From contig NZ_DATJCA010000041.1 of assembly GCF_035515035.1 (NCBI RefSeq), forward strand, positions 1,705 to 65,704: a stretch of DNA of 64,000 nucleotides. The letters run 5' to 3'. A program made the position numbers and the translations under genes. Positions 62,528-64,000 of this stretch are shown one piece after another. The notes under the pieces are model-generated. The model was not told the DNA's origin. It did not search any database and saw nothing but the letters and a program-made list of their open reading frames with translations. The stretch comes from Gelidibacter sp. (GTDB taxonomy: Bacteria > Bacteroidota > Bacteroidia > Flavobacteriales > Flavobacteriaceae). The number at the start of each line of letters is the position of its first letter. The first letter of the stretch is position 1.

Positions 62528-62974
62528 ATGCGAGAAGAATACACTTATGTAGTGTTGGCAGATGATGATGAAGATGATCGCCTATTCTTTACAGATGCCT
62601 TTGAAGAATTGAAAATGCAGACCAAAGTAGACATCTATAAAGACGGGATTGAGCTTATGAACGCTCTAAATCAATCCGACTCAATTTTACCAAACATTCT
62701 TTTTTTAGATTTGAACATGCCCATGAAATCAGGCTTGGAATGTTTGAAAGAAATCAAAAGCAACCCTAGATTTAGGGATATTTCTATTGCCATATATTCT
62801 ACTTCGGCATCAGAAGAGGATATTGAGGATACTTTTGTAAATGGCGCCAATATTTACATCAAAAAGCCTAGCGACTTCAAGATTCTTAAAAAGATATTAG
62901 CCGACGTGGTCACCATGAATTGGCAATATCACACCAGTGGGTTGAATAAAGATAATTTTTTATTACGCTTATAA
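62528..62974 (+). CDS. Single-domain response regulator
   Basis: LADDDEDDR, FLDLNMP, IYSTS, YIKKP. Confidence 0.92.
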   Translation: MREEYTYVVLADDDEDDRLFFTDAFEELKMQTKVDIYKDGIELMNALNQSDSILPNILFLDLNMPMKSGLECLKEIKSNPRFRDISIAIYSTSASEEDIEDTFVNGANIYIKKPSDFKILKKILADVVTMNWQYHTSGLNKDNFLLRL

Positions 62975-62976
62975 AC

Positions 62977-64000
62977 ATGCATCTCAAATCTCTCTATAAT
63001 TCTGAACGCTTCTTAAAAATCATTTTCGGTTTGAGCTTGTTCATTGTTTTGGTCATGGGAGGTTTTGCGTACAAATACATTAAGGAACTCTCTGAATCTT
63101 TTGATGACGTTCAAGAAGCTTATCAATTACATATTGAACTGGAGAAATTGCTCTCAGCCCTAAAAGATGCTGAAAGCGGGAAACGCGCTTACATTATATC
63201 TAAGGATTCTACCTTTTTAGAACCCTTGTTAGTCAGCGGATCTCAATTGGATGAAAGTTTGAAACGCTTGAAGGATCTCACTAAAAACCATCCCGAGCAT
63301 CAAGAAAACATTGCTGAATTAGAACTCAAAATTGATAATAGTTTAAGAATTTTTGAAAAAACCCTACAACTTGCCCAAAATAATGAGATAGAATCGGAGG
63401 AGTTTATTACGGCTTTTAGGGAAGGTAGACAAACCATGAACAGTGTGCGATTTAAAGTTCTCGAAATGACCACTCATGAGAATGAATTGCTGGGTTCCAA
63501 AAAAGCAAGAAGTTCTAGAAGCCTTTCAAATGCGCCGATGATGGTGTATTACGTTTTAATTATTTCACTTTTAATCTTGTTACTGACCTATTTACAGATC
63601 AGTAAGAATTTAAAAATTTTGAAGGAAAAGAATGAGCTCTTAGAAACTTTTAAGGAATCCACCACCCAGTCAGAGATTATTAGTAAACATGGCAATTGGA
63701 TCTGGCATATTGAGGACAATACCTTTGAGTATTCAGACAATCTTTATCGATTATTGGGCGAAGAGCCTCAGTCCTTTGAGCCTACGGTTGAAAATTTTAT
63801 AGCCTTTACGCATCCCGATGATCTGGAAAAACTCATGGAGCAAGTCAATAAAATGATGGAAGACGAAGATTTGCCTTTTACACATTATCGAATCATCCAG
63901 AAAAATGGTGCCATCAAACATTTTAAGGCCTATGGGAAGGTTTTAATAGATTCAGATGGCCACAAAAAGTTATTGGGAACTACGGCCGACATCACCGATG
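62977..64000 (+). CDS. CHASE3 + PAS sensor (probable histidine kinase), 3'-truncated; absent from the ORF track
   Basis: Hand translation: MHLKSLYNSERFLKIIFGLSLFIVLVMGG (TM)...LKDAESGKRAY (CHASE3), second TM, GNWIWHIEDNTFEYSDNLYRLLG (PAS). Confidence 0.85.
   Translation, partial: MHLKSLYNSERFLKIIFGLSLFIVLVMGGFAYKYIKELSESFDDVQEAYQLHIELEKLLSALKDAESGKRAYIISKDSTFLEPLLVSGSQLDESLKRLKDLTKNHPEHQENIAELELKIDNSLRIFEKTLQLAQNNEIESEEFITAFREGRQTMNSVRFKVLEMTTHENELLGSKKARSSRSLSNAPMMVYYVLIISLLILLLTYLQISKNLKILKEKNELLETFKESTTQSEIISKHGNWIWHIEDNTFEYSDNLYRLLGEEPQSFEPTVENFIAFTHPDDLEKLMEQVNKMMEDEDLPFTHYRIIQKNGAIKHFKAYGKVLIDSDGHKKLLGTTADITD

Overview
AT-rich Bacteroidota chromosome segment, most consistent with Flavobacteriaceae (TAnnTTTG promoters, T9SS cargo gene and porZ, recO-porZ-gdhA synteny). 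It is mostly housekeeping and envelope genes: TonB receptor, recO, gdhA, a transsulfuration enzyme, yicC-gmk-nadD, metG, tex, ssb, and M28/M13/S66 peptidases. Accessory blocks are a complete urease operon (ureABCEFGD plus a Ni permease), a sigma54 two-component module with three tandem small secreted proteins, an AraC-OmpA-LemA-DUF2207 cluster, and a receiver/PAS-kinase/AraC/CHASE3 signalling cluster running off the right edge. I saw no rRNA, tRNA, CRISPR array, transposase or integrase. Best leads: (1) the urease has Ala in place of the active-site flap Cys plus other substitutions at normally conserved motifs, and sits behind a structured, possibly switchable 5' leader; (2) a ZraP/ZraSR-like sigma54 circuit with a visible -24/-12 promoter and palindromic enhancer; (3) a candidate export-coupled leader/arrest peptide ending IIFPFHCFT; (4) an uncharacterised NMO/FabX-like flavo-FeS protein under a Crp/Fnr-like box; (5) several 7-bp-periodic intergenic arrays, two of which flank a GC-rich structured RNA candidate. 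All family assignments come from motif recognition by eye; no searches were run.
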